Below, piece by piece: positions 1-7,964 of a stretch of DNA of 34,383 nt. How positions within the stretch are numbered: position 1 is the first letter of the stretch; every line of letters starts with the position of its first letter. The notes beneath the pieces were generated by a model. It ran no database searches and was not told the origin of the DNA. It saw only the letters and a list, made by a program, of their open reading frames with translations. The position numbers and the translations under genes are program-made. This stretch comes from Candidatus Eubacterium avistercoris (lineage in GTDB: Bacteria > Bacillota > Clostridia > Lachnospirales > Lachnospiraceae). The DNA lies in NCBI GenBank assembly GCA_019116105.1, contig DXCH01000264.1:1-34383 (forward strand), read 5' to 3'.

Positions 1-311
1 TTTGTGGAAATCTCGCTGATTTTCAACTTGCCGAAATAAGGTAGTATCTTTGTACGAATGATATGCTCCTTTGTCAGCCAAGTGTTTTCTTTCAGACGGT
101 TTTTCACATCGTTGATATACAACTCCGTAAAGGCTTCAAAGCTCATATCGAGGTCAGACGAATTTTGGAGTTGAAACATTCGCTCCCATTCCTGCGCTTC
201 TTTCTTTGTGGCGAAACCCCGCTTACATTTCTGCTTGCGTTCGCCTTTCCAATTCACATACCTTACCATCACATACCAAGTTCCGTTGTCCTCATTTTTG
301 AATACTGGCAT
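1..311 (-). CDS. int: Tyrosine site-specific integrase, N-terminal part (runs off the window)
   Basis: Not in the ORF track; translated by hand from ATG at 311: MPVFKNEDNGTWYVMVRYVNWKGERKQKCKRGFATKKEAQEWER...SFEAFTELYINDVKNRLKENTWLTKEHIIRTKILPYFGKLKISEIST. This is a typical arm-DNA-binding plus SAM-like N-terminus of Firmicute integrases. The start overlaps the xis stop (TAATG). Confidence 0.9.
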   Translation of the reverse strand, partial: MPVFKNEDNGTWYVMVRYVNWKGERKQKCKRGFATKKEAQEWERMFQLQNSSDLDMSFEAFTELYINDVKNRLKENTWLTKEHIIRTKILPYFGKLKISEIST

Positions 312-499
312 TATTTATTCTCCTTTCCTGCTCCATAGAGCCTTTCATAAAAATACTGGCGGTTTACACGCCCTGCAATCGTAATAAATCCCTGTGCTTT
401 CAGTTCCTCGTTCAGCTTTCTGATGAGCTTATAAGCATAGGGCTTTGATACGCTTAGTTCCTGTGCCACATCATCGGCACGAATAAATTTGTTTTCCAT
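311..499 (-). CDS. Excisionase / small HTH DNA-binding protein
   Basis: 62 aa, ADDVAQELSVSKPYAYKLIR winged-HTH pattern; translationally coupled to the integrase; RBS GAAAGGA upstream. Confidence 0.8.
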   Translation of the reverse strand: MENKFIRADDVAQELSVSKPYAYKLIRKLNEELKAQGFITIAGRVNRQYFYERLYGAGKENK

Positions 500-647
500 A
501 TCATCAGTCCTTTCATTAAATTTTCAAGTTGCCGTTCTCTCCGAATATCGTTCCTGCCCCCATTTCAGCGGCGTTATCTCGCTCGCTCTTGAACAAATCA
601 AAAGGTCTTGGCGAAGTATCCTACTCGGTCGGTCATTCAGTTTTTAT

Positions 648-774
648 TAAGCATATTCGCTTAGTGTTTTCTATTATACTAAGCAGATATGCTTGTGTCA
701 AGAGGTTTTTGAGAAAATATTAAACTTTTTTGTTTCGTTTTCTCTTGACAATCACTAAACATATCTGCTATACT
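648..774. promoter_or_regulatory. Divergent sigmaA promoters with three related palindromic operators
   Basis: Leftward: TTGACA (701-696)-17 bp-TATAAT (678-673). Rightward: TTGACA (745-750)-18 bp-TATACT (769-774) with an extended -10 TG. Operator-like 16-mers TAAGCATATTCGCTTA (648-663), TAAGCAGATATGCTTG (680-695) and TAAACATATCTGCTAT (756-771). Confidence 0.75.
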
Positions 775-807
775 GATTGCAGTACATAAGCAAGGAGTGT
801 AAACACT

Positions 808-1335
808 ATGGCTATTGGCGAAAGAATACATTTTTTCAGAATTTTGCGTGGTATGACGCAAAAATATCTTGGTACGGCTGTCGGCTTTCCCGAACGGAGC
901 GCAGATGTGCGTCTGGCACAGTACGAAACTGGCTCCCGTAAACCAAAAGCAGACTTAACGGCTGCATTGGCACAAGTGCTTGAGGTTTCGCCGCAAGCTC
1001 TCGATGTTCCTGACATTGACAGCTATATCGGTCTTATGCACACCCTATTTACCCTTGAAGATATTTACGGTCTTACCGTCAGTGAAGCAGACGGGGAAAT
1101 CTGTCTGAAAGTCAACAAGGACAAAGGTAAGGACGCTGCCGAGTTTTCAAAAATGCTCTATGCTTGGAAAGAACAGGCGGACAAGCTATCTTCCGAGGAA
1201 ATCAGCAGGGAAGAATACGACAACTGGCGTTATTACTATCCGAAGTTCGATACCACACAAATCTGGGCGAAAGTTCCTTCACAGGAGCTTAGCGATGCCT
1301 TAGTCGAAGCTTTTAAGGACAAGCTGAAAGAGTAA
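808..1335 (+). CDS. XRE/Cro-CI family HTH repressor of the integrative element
   Basis: N-terminal IGERIHFFRILRGMTQKYLG...RLAQYETGSRKP HTH_3 motif; RBS AAGGAG; divergent from xis-int. Confidence 0.88.
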   Translation: MAIGERIHFFRILRGMTQKYLGTAVGFPERSADVRLAQYETGSRKPKADLTAALAQVLEVSPQALDVPDIDSYIGLMHTLFTLEDIYGLTVSEADGEICLKVNKDKGKDAAEFSKMLYAWKEQADKLSSEEISREEYDNWRYYYPKFDTTQIWAKVPSQELSDALVEAFKDKLKE

Positions 1336-1355
1336 TCTATCAGGGAGCTACCGCT

Positions 1356-1799
1356 ATGCTAATTCAAGAAATAGACGAAAACAAAAAGCGATATCTGCAT
1401 TTACTTCTTCTTGCCGATGAGCAAGAAAATATGGTAGACCGATATTTAGAGCGTGGCACAATGTATGTACTGGACGATAACGGAGTCAAGGCTGAATGCA
1501 TTGTCACCGATGAGGGCAATGGTGTACTGGAAATCAAGAACATTGCTACATTGCCTGACTATCAAAAACAGGGTTATGCCCGAAAACTTATTGATTTTCT
1601 TGTTGCGAAATACTCTGAGCAATATTCGGTGCTACAAGTCGGAACAGGTGATAGTCCATTAACCATTCCTTTCTATGAAAAATGCGGCTTTATTCGCTCT
1701 TATGTCGTAAAGGATTTCTTTATCGACAACTATGATCATCCAATTTTTGAGTGTGGAAAGCAGCTTATAGATATGGTATATTTACAAAAAACGCTATAA
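1356..1799 (+). CDS. GNAT family N-acetyltransferase
   Basis: EIKNIATLPDYQKQGYARKLI (acetyl-CoA binding QxxGxA motif) and TIPFYEKCGF. Confidence 0.88.
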   Translation: MLIQEIDENKKRYLHLLLLADEQENMVDRYLERGTMYVLDDNGVKAECIVTDEGNGVLEIKNIATLPDYQKQGYARKLIDFLVAKYSEQYSVLQVGTGDSPLTIPFYEKCGFIRSYVVKDFFIDNYDHPIFECGKQLIDMVYLQKTL

Positions 1800-1831
1800 T
1801 TTTCACTTTGGCAACCTCATAAAGACGACAA

Positions 1832-1873
1832 AAAGCCCTTAGCTATGAGTTACTACCCACAGCTAAGGGCTTT
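1832..1873. terminator. Intrinsic terminator-like hairpin after the GNAT gene
   Basis: AAAGCCCTTAGCT (1832-1844) / AGCTAAGGGCTTT (1861-1873) inverted repeat. Confidence 0.7.
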
Positions 1874-1967
1874 ATAATATGGATTTATTTTGTCATACAA
1901 AACCAACTCTAAATCATTCTGTAACCCGTAAACCACTGGATTGCAAGAATAATGGCTCTTATATGAC

Positions 1968-1988
1968 TGTTATCAAATTGTTATCAAA
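1968..1988 (+). repeat. Tandem TGTTATCAAA repeat, probable integrase arm-type binding sites
   Basis: TGTTATCAAA at 1968-1977 and 1979-1988 (11-bp period), about 60 bp from the guaA stop. Confidence 0.6.
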
Positions 1989-2045
1989 ATACCTCTCGAA
2001 ATGCCGTAAACTCGCATAAACACTGGGCTTTTACGACTTCTCAAT

Positions 2046-3590
2046 TTATTCCCACTCAATCGTTCCAGGCGGTTTACTAGTCAGATCATAGAATACCCTA
2101 TTAACGCCTTTCACTTCATTAATAATACGATTCATGACTTTGTTCAGTACTTCATAAGGAATTTCCGCTGATTCGGCCGTCATGAAGTCAATGGTTTTCA
2201 CCGCGCGAAGGGCAACGGCATAATCATAAGTTCTTTCATCGCCCATGACCCCTACAGAGCGCATGTTGGTCAAAGCCGCAAAGTACTGGTTGATTTCCTT
2301 GTCCAGTCCTGCATTGGCTATTTCTTCTCTGTAGATTGCGTCCGCATCCTGTACGATACGTACTTTTTCTCCTGTTACTTCTCCGATGATACGGATTCCC
2401 AGACCCGGGCCCGGGAACGGCTGACGGAATACCAGGTATTCCGGGATTCCCATTTCCAATCCTGCTTTGCGGACCTCGTCTTTAAACAGGTCACGGAGCG
2501 GTTCGATGATTTCTTTAAAGTCTACGTAATCCGGCAGTCCTCCTACGTTATGATGGGATTTGATAACAGCGGATTCTCCGCCAAGACCGCTTTCTACTAC
2601 GTCCGGATAGATGGTTCCCTGTACCAGGAAGTCCACTGCGCCGATTTTTTTCGCTTCTTCTTCAAATACACGGATAAATTCTTCGCCGATGATCTTCCGT
2701 TTCTTTTCCGGTTCTTCTACCCCTTTGAGTTTTTCATAAAAACGCTCCTGAGCATTTACACGGATAAAGTTCAGGTTGTAGTTGCCGTTGGGGCCGAATA
2801 CTGCTTCTACTTCATCCCCTTCATTTTTTCTGAGAAGACCGTGGTCTACGAATACACAGGTCAGCTGATCTCCTATTGCTTTTGAAAGTAGCACTGCTGC
2901 TACGGAAGAATCCACTCCGCCAGAAAGAGCGCAGAGTACTTTTCCGTTTCCAACCCGTTCTCGGATTTCTTTAATGGAATTTTCCACAAAGGAATCCATT
3001 CTCCAATCTCCGGCGCAGCCGCAGATGTTGTGTACAAAGTTGGAAAGCATGGTTTTGCCTTCTACCGTATGGAGCACTTCCGGATGGAACTGGATCGCAT
3101 ACAGTTTTTTATCCGGGTATTCTGCTGCTGCTACCGGACAATCTGCTGTATGGGCGCAGATGCGAAAGCCCGGCGCAGTTTTAGAAATATAGTCAAAATG
3201 GCTCATCCAGCAAATGGTGGAAGGTGATACATCTGTAAACAGCGGTGAGCTGTTGTCAACGGTTACTTCTGTTTTTCCATATTCTCTGACAGGAGCCTTT
3301 TCCACCGTACCGCCTAATATGTGCTGCATCAGCTGAGCGCCATAGCAAAGTCCCAGCACCGGAATGCCAAGCTCAAACAGTTCTTTTGTATAAGTAGGTG
3401 CTCCGTCTTCGTAACAGCTGTTTGGCCCGCCTGTTAAAATAATCCCCTTGGGATTCATTTCTTTGATTTTTTCGATATCGGTTTTATAGGAATAGATTTC
3501 GCAGTATACATTGCATTCGCGTACACGGCGCGCAACCAGCTGATTGTACTGGCCGCCGAAGTCAATGACAATGACAGTTTCTCTGATCAT
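2046..3590 (-). CDS. guaA: GMP synthase (glutamine-hydrolysing)
   Basis: [17 protein letters not shown] (catalytic Cys), [23 protein letters not shown] and C-terminal [10 protein letters not shown]; RBS AAGGAGG. Confidence 0.98.
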   Translation of the reverse strand: MIRETVIVIDFGGQYNQLVARRVRECNVYCEIYSYKTDIEKIKEMNPKGIILTGGPNSCYEDGAPTYTKELFELGIPVLGLCYGAQLMQHILGGTVEKAPVREYGKTEVTVDNSSPLFTDVSPSTICWMSHFDYISKTAPGFRICAHTADCPVAAAEYPDKKLYAIQFHPEVLHTVEGKTMLSNFVHNICGCAGDWRMDSFVENSIKEIRERVGNGKVLCALSGGVDSSVAAVLLSKAIGDQLTCVFVDHGLLRKNEGDEVEAVFGPNGNYNLNFIRVNAQERFYEKLKGVEEPEKKRKIIGEEFIRVFEEEAKKIGAVDFLVQGTIYPDVVESGLGGESAVIKSHHNVGGLPDYVDFKEIIEPLRDLFKDEVRKAGLEMGIPEYLVFRQPFPGPGLGIRIIGEVTGEKVRIVQDADAIYREEIANAGLDKEINQYFAALTNMRSVGVMGDERTYDYAVALRAVKTIDFMTAESAEIPYEVLNKVMNRIINEVKGVNRVFYDLTSKPPGTIEWE

Positions 3591-3734
3591 TAAAAATCCT
3601 CCTTGGTATCCTCTCCGCGCATCAGGCCAGGATTCTCCGCGCCTGTCCGGCCGGAATCCCTCCGTTTATACCTCTAAGATAGAAAATGCCCGGGATGCTT
3701 ATTGGTATCTTTATTTAAAATTCAAACACTTTAT

Positions 3735-3761
3735 AAAAAGCAGGGATGGCACCTGCTTTTT
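3735..3761. terminator. Terminator-like hairpin between spoIIID and guaA
   Basis: AAAAAGCAGG / CCTGCTTTTT perfect inverted repeat with T-tracts on both strands. Confidence 0.7.
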
Positions 3762-3796
3762 GAAACTATGGATAAATATGTTTGTAATTTTCTACT

Positions 3797-3826
3797 ATTA
3801 TATAATACAGGCGTTACCCATAGCAA
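3797..3826 (-). promoter_or_regulatory. Putative sigmaA promoter for guaA
   Basis: TTGCTA (3826-3821)-18 bp-TATAAT (3802-3797) on the minus strand. Confidence 0.45.
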
Positions 3827-3866
3827 GACCAAAAATCGTCAATTAACCGGAATCCTGTCTTCGGCT

Positions 3867-4118
3867 TCAGTTTTTGTGCAGATATTTTTCCCTGGTGGCC
3901 AGTCCGCCCCGGATATGCCGCTCGGATTTGTTGATATCCAGCACTTTTCGCGTCTCCCGGGCCAGGGAGGGATTGATCTGCAAGAGACGCTCTGTGACGT
4001 CTTTATGTACCGTACTCTTACTGATCCCAAACTTTTTTGCCGTCTGCCTTACTGTCGCATTGTTGTCTACAATGTATTTTGCGATTTCCATAGCTCGCTC
4101 CTCAATATATCCTTTCAA
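3867..4118 (-). CDS. spoIIID: Sporulation transcriptional regulator SpoIIID
   Basis: MKGYIEERAMEIAKYIVDNNATVRQTAKKFGISKSTVHKDVTERL...NKSERHIRGGLATREKY is the SpoIIID signature. TTG start at 4118 with a GCAGGGG RBS; the ORF track start at 4190 is too far upstream. Confidence 0.96.
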   Translation of the reverse strand: MKGYIEERAMEIAKYIVDNNATVRQTAKKFGISKSTVHKDVTERLLQINPSLARETRKVLDINKSERHIRGGLATREKYLHKN

Positions 4119-4154
4119 AATTTTTCCCCTGCAAACACTGTTTTTACAATGTAT
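4108..4154. repeat. 47-bp direct repeat, copy adjacent to spoIIID
   Basis: TATCCTTTCAAAATTTTTCCCCTGCAAACACTGTTTTTACAATGTAT, identical to 6833-6879; covers the sigmaE-like -10 (cATACATT on minus), RBS and first codons of spoIIID. Confidence 0.95.
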
Positions 4155-4284
4155 GCAGGAAAAGAAGGTGTCATGCTTATTTAAACGCACTTCTTTTCTT
4201 ACAACATCCGCTCGTGATCCATTTCATATTCCATCATTCTGACGCTCACTTTGCATTCTTGATTAATTGCAACATCCGATACAT

Positions 4285-5025
4285 TTAATTTGCCCTTTGT
4301 TTTGCAATCTCAATCCACGTTTTTTCTTCCCACTCAATAGGCTTTTGCTGTGTTTTCAGCTTTCCTCTGAGATTCTTTTGAAAATCTATATATTGTTTTT
4401 CATTCCATTTACTCCATGGAACTACTTTATTGCTGTTGAACTGTCCGCTTTTTCTTTTATCTTTCACTAAGATTCCTTCTATTACATCTTCCCATCCGTC
4501 TGTATTCCAGACAGCTTCAATAATATAGCTATCAACCGGAACATGTAAAACCGGCAATAGCAATTGCAGTTTCTTATTCCATTTTCCTGTAATCCACATA
4601 TATTTTATCGTCATATTCAAGCATTTTTGTGCCTGACCATAATAAAACCTCTCACTATTATCATAACGATTTTCAATTCTATCTAAAACCTTTTTCCCTT
4701 TTAATTCCGGATATTTTGTTGCAGTTTTTATTATCTGCCGGCATGTATCCCTATGCCATGCGTCAAATTGATCTATATCGGAATCTTTCAACATTTTCAG
4801 AACTTCTTCTGTCATTAACTTACAGATACTATGGCAAAAACTTTTTCTGTCTTTAGCCTCACATGCATTGTTAAATTTTAATGTTCTGTTCATATCTAAA
4901 TATGCTCTGTTCGCGCATACAGAAATCACTTCTTCCTCATTTAAATTTTCTATATCTTCTAATGTTACTCCCAAAAGATAATAAAATAAAAAATCCGCTG
5001 TCCTTTCACTTATTTGCTCTTTCAT
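4285..5025 (-). CDS. Uncharacterised AT-rich protein with GQAQKxxNMxxKY / LHVPVD / WSKW motifs
   Basis: Long ORF in a markedly AT-rich segment; likely ATG at 5025 after GGGAGAAAG (track start 5061). Function not recognised. Confidence 0.75.
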   Translation of the reverse strand: MKEQISERTADFLFYYLLGVTLEDIENLNEEEVISVCANRAYLDMNRTLKFNNACEAKDRKSFCHSICKLMTEEVLKMLKDSDIDQFDAWHRDTCRQIIKTATKYPELKGKKVLDRIENRYDNSERFYYGQAQKCLNMTIKYMWITGKWNKKLQLLLPVLHVPVDSYIIEAVWNTDGWEDVIEGILVKDKRKSGQFNSNKVVPWSKWNEKQYIDFQKNLRGKLKTQQKPIEWEEKTWIEIAKQRAN

Positions 5026-5355
5026 TAGACTTTCTCCCACTCTTAGTATTGTCATAGTCATTCTTTACCTTGTCTGCGAGTTAGACTATGCTATTTTAAG
5101 ATACTGTGGATTGGACCATCCCTTCTGCCACTTGATGGTTACAAAAAAGTTTTCCCCCCGGTCTCTTTCTATCATCGCTGATCAATAGATACACCCAATG
5201 ACGATTGTCATCCGGACAGCGTCCCTCTGCCAGCGTCTTCTGCACAGAGACAGAAACACTACCTCTTCCAATCTTGTCCCTTTTCTATCTCTATATCTGC
5301 TTCATAATCCACTGTGTTCTTTGCAGCAACATGGCATCATACAAGCAAATATATA

Positions 5356-6609
5356 CTACAATTCCAGACTATTGTCCTTCAATAAAAAGTCATATATGCT
5401 CATTGTTGTAATCCCATTTTCATCCCGTGTCACATTCATTACATCCTTCACCACAATGATCTTTTTAAAAGAATCTTTGACCTGAAGCAGTGACATTTTT
5501 TCCTGCTTTCGCTTTTGTTCATCAGGCATGGCAAACGCAGACTGGAGATAATATCTCCGGCTGCCTTTATTTGCAACGAAATCGATTTCCAGCTGTTTTC
5601 GTTCTGCTTTTCCTGACGCATCCTTCCTCCGTTTTTCTACAATTCCAACATCCACCGCATAACCGCGGCTCCTGAGTTCATTATAAATAATATTTTCCAT
5701 AAGATGCGTCTCTTCCACCTGTCGGAAACCCAACCTGGCATTTCGCAGCCCCACATCCTCAAAATAGTATTTTACAGGAGTCCCGATATATTTTCTTCCT
5801 TTCACATTATATCGATTAGCTTTATGGATAATAAAAGCATCTTCTAAATATTCAATGTACTGACGTATGGTATTTCCGCTGATCCTTGATCGGAGCACAC
5901 TCCTGAATGTAGATTCGATTTTCGGGACATTGGTAAGAGAGCCGATCGCCGATGCAAGAATATTAACCAGATCCTCCAATTCCTGTGTTTTTTCAATATG
6001 ATGTCTCTCAATAATATCTTTCAGATAAGTTTCTTCAAACAAGCTTGTCAGATAAGAAACCTTCTGTTCCTCTGTCTTCATAGTCACGGTAAGAGGAAGC
6101 CCTCCATATAATATATAATCCGCCCAGCCGTGGTAGATATCTCCTTCGTACACCTGCATAAATTCTTTAAATGTCAGCGGAAAGATATGAATTTCATCTC
6201 CTCTGCCGCGAAATTCCGTTATGATATCTTTGGAAAGAAATCTGGAATTGCTTCCTGTCACATACACATCTGCGTTATCAATATGCAACAGTGAATTCAA
6301 TACTTCTTCAAACTCGTTTAAAAGCTGTACTTCATCCAAAAGTATATAATACATCTCACGATCCTGCATACATGATTCAATATATTCCAGAATAACATCC
6401 GGATCACGGTACTGTCTGTGCTTTCTCTGATCTAACTCAATCCGGATAATGTGAGATTCCGGTACTCCCTGTTCCAATAGATAATTCTGGAATATGTGAA
6501 AAATGAGATAGGATTTTCCCGATCGTCTCACACCTGTCACCACTTTTATCATTTGATTATGCATCCGGTTGATCAGATCCTGAAGATATTTATCACGCTT
6601 GATTTCCAT
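5356..6609 (-). CDS. AAA-family ATP-binding protein (AAA_14 + DUF4143-type)
   Basis: Walker A GVRRSGKS, Walker B ILLDEVQ, VTGSNS, YGGLP, KYYFEDVGLRN, MENIIYNEL and C-terminal EIDFVA...YLQS; RBS AAAGGAG. Confidence 0.9.
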   Translation of the reverse strand: MEIKRDKYLQDLINRMHNQMIKVVTGVRRSGKSYLIFHIFQNYLLEQGVPESHIIRIELDQRKHRQYRDPDVILEYIESCMQDREMYYILLDEVQLLNEFEEVLNSLLHIDNADVYVTGSNSRFLSKDIITEFRGRGDEIHIFPLTFKEFMQVYEGDIYHGWADYILYGGLPLTVTMKTEEQKVSYLTSLFEETYLKDIIERHHIEKTQELEDLVNILASAIGSLTNVPKIESTFRSVLRSRISGNTIRQYIEYLEDAFIIHKANRYNVKGRKYIGTPVKYYFEDVGLRNARLGFRQVEETHLMENIIYNELRSRGYAVDVGIVEKRRKDASGKAERKQLEIDFVANKGSRRYYLQSAFAMPDEQKRKQEKMSLLQVKDSFKKIIVVKDVMNVTRDENGITTMSIYDFLLKDNSLEL

Positions 6610-6632
6610 CCTTGCTTCTCCTTTTATTGAAA

Positions 6633-6738
6633 ATTTTTGACACTTTTTCCATTTTTATTCAATATAATTATATGCTTTCCATTCTTTCTTTACAACCTGA
6701 TACTGAATATTTTTGACACTTTTTCCATTTTTATTCAA
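6633..6738 (-). promoter_or_regulatory. sigmaA promoter bracketed by two 30-bp direct repeats
   Basis: ATTTTTGACACTTTTTCCATTTTTATTCAA at 6633-6662 and 6709-6738; between them on minus, TTGTAA (6695-6690)-17 bp-TATAAT (6672-6667). Confidence 0.75.
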
Positions 6739-6754
6739 AATCCATCTTTCGATA

Positions 6755-6792
6755 TAAAAATACAGACATACGCTCTTAGGCAATATGTCTGC
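6755..6792 (-). terminator. Terminator-like hairpin downstream of thpR and the upstream repeat copy
   Basis: CAGACATA (6763-6770) / TATGTCTG (6784-6791), followed on minus by TATTTTTAT. Confidence 0.5.
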
Positions 6793-6832
6793 ACTTCTTC
6801 AATATATATAGTCAATATAAACCGTTCTATAT

Positions 6833-6879
6833 TATCCTTTCAAAATTTTTCCCCTGCAAACACTGTTTTTACAATGTAT
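6833..6879. repeat. 47-bp direct repeat, upstream orphan copy of the spoIIID 5' region
   Basis: Identical to 4108-4154; here the frame reads TTG AAA GGA TAA (stop at codon 4). Confidence 0.95.
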
Positions 6880-6911
6880 ATAAGGGAATGCGGGCTTATT
6901 CCAGCCATCCT

Positions 6912-7397
6912 TTATATTTCCCGATAGACCACCCGGCCATCCTTTCTGTCTGATTTCAAAAGCGAAACCTTTTCTACCGTCATCTCCGCTTTCGGCAAAT
7001 GCATTTCATAAGGTTTTTTCGATGCCGCCTTTCGGATCAATGTAATATGCGGGACAAACTTATCGTTATCAAAAGGGATTTCTGCATTTTTCAACGCTGT
7101 CCGCAGATCCTTCACATAGGTTTTCAGCTTCTGATTGCCTTTCACCCCTGCCCAGAGAAAATTCCCAAAATTTCCTTTCTCTGACAGGCTCAGACGAAAT
7201 TGCGGCAGCGGCACCTTTTCTATCACGTTTTTCACTTTTCCCGGATCGTCATATTCTCCGATAAAAGCAAGGGTAAGATGCAGGTTCTGGGCCGGGACGT
7301 ATTTTCCTTCCACTCCCTGCTTTTTCAAATCGTGCATACAGGCCACCAGGGCCTTTTTCATGTTGTCCGACAACCGGATCCCTATAAACAGTCTCAT
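6912..7397 (-). CDS. thpR: RNA 2',3'-cyclic phosphodiesterase (2H phosphoesterase, LigT/ThpR family)
   Basis: MRLFIGI start and two HxT motifs: NLHLTLAFIG and FVPHITLIR. Confidence 0.9.
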   Translation of the reverse strand: MRLFIGIRLSDNMKKALVACMHDLKKQGVEGKYVPAQNLHLTLAFIGEYDDPGKVKNVIEKVPLPQFRLSLSEKGNFGNFLWAGVKGNQKLKTYVKDLRTALKNAEIPFDNDKFVPHITLIRKAASKKPYEMHLPKAEMTVEKVSLLKSDRKDGRVVYREI

Positions 7398-7493
7398 AAT
7401 CGCTTCTCCTGTGATACAAAATCAGTTTCATTTCTTCGCCGACAATCAAATATCTTTTTCATCTGTTCCCGCAAGACACCTTGCCCTGGCAGT

Positions 7494-7850
7494 TCACCAT
7501 TCTGTTTTGGAATGCGCTTTCAGCTCCGTATACTTTTCCTTATTTCCATATGCCTTCTCTACCGGATATTTTTTTGCGTTTTTCTTTACCTTTTCCCGAA
7601 TGATCTCATCCATATCCAGTCCGCATGCATCTGCCATCAATATGCAGTAATTCAGCACATCTGCCAGTTCCTCCCGGATCTTGTCTGTTTTTTCACTGCA
7701 GGCAACGTCCATCCCGCTCCACTGGAATACTTCCAAAAGATCTGCCGCTTCCAGGCAAATGGAAATCGCCAGATCTTTTGGATTGTGAAACTGTTTCCAG
7801 TTCCTTTCATCCCGAAACTTCAATACCTGATCAATAGTTTCCTGTGTCAT
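7494..7850 (-). CDS. MazG-like nucleotide pyrophosphohydrolase (dCTPase-like)
   Basis: FRDERNWKQFHNPKDLAISICLEAADLLEVFQW...IREELADV...KNAKKYP. Confidence 0.9.
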   Translation of the reverse strand: MTQETIDQVLKFRDERNWKQFHNPKDLAISICLEAADLLEVFQWSGMDVACSEKTDKIREELADVLNYCILMADACGLDMDEIIREKVKKNAKKYPVEKAYGNKEKYTELKAHSKTEW

Positions 7851-7964
7851 CTTTCATTCCCGCCTTTCCCAATACTGCTGCCGTCACCTGAAATCAGCAT
7901 CGGCTCTTTTATATTGCCTGCCGTTTATATTGCTTTGCTTCCATCTTATCACATATCACACCGG

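Larger units (their letters stand above)
1..2045. mobile_element. End of an integrative element (ICE/IME-like) inserted at the 3' end of guaA
   Basis: int-xis-repressor module immediately downstream of guaA, which is an established integration hotspot; tandem arm-like repeats near the junction. The other boundary lies outside the window. Confidence 0.75.

Noticed and set aside
612-625. TATCCTAC resembling an RP4-type oriT nick motif in the xis leader
   Set aside because: Imperfect match to YATCCTG, no convincing adjacent inverted repeat, and no relaxase in the window.
5062-5355. Possible gene remnant in the gap between the ATPase and the unknown ORF (minus-strand peptide GENFFVTIKWQKGWSNPQYLKIA)
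   Set aside because: Short, interrupted by stops and not assignable to a family by eye; needs BLASTX.
6633-6738. Mini CRISPR array (30-bp repeat with 46-bp spacer)
   Set aside because: Only two copies, non-palindromic, no cas genes, and the spacer is a consensus sigmaA promoter.
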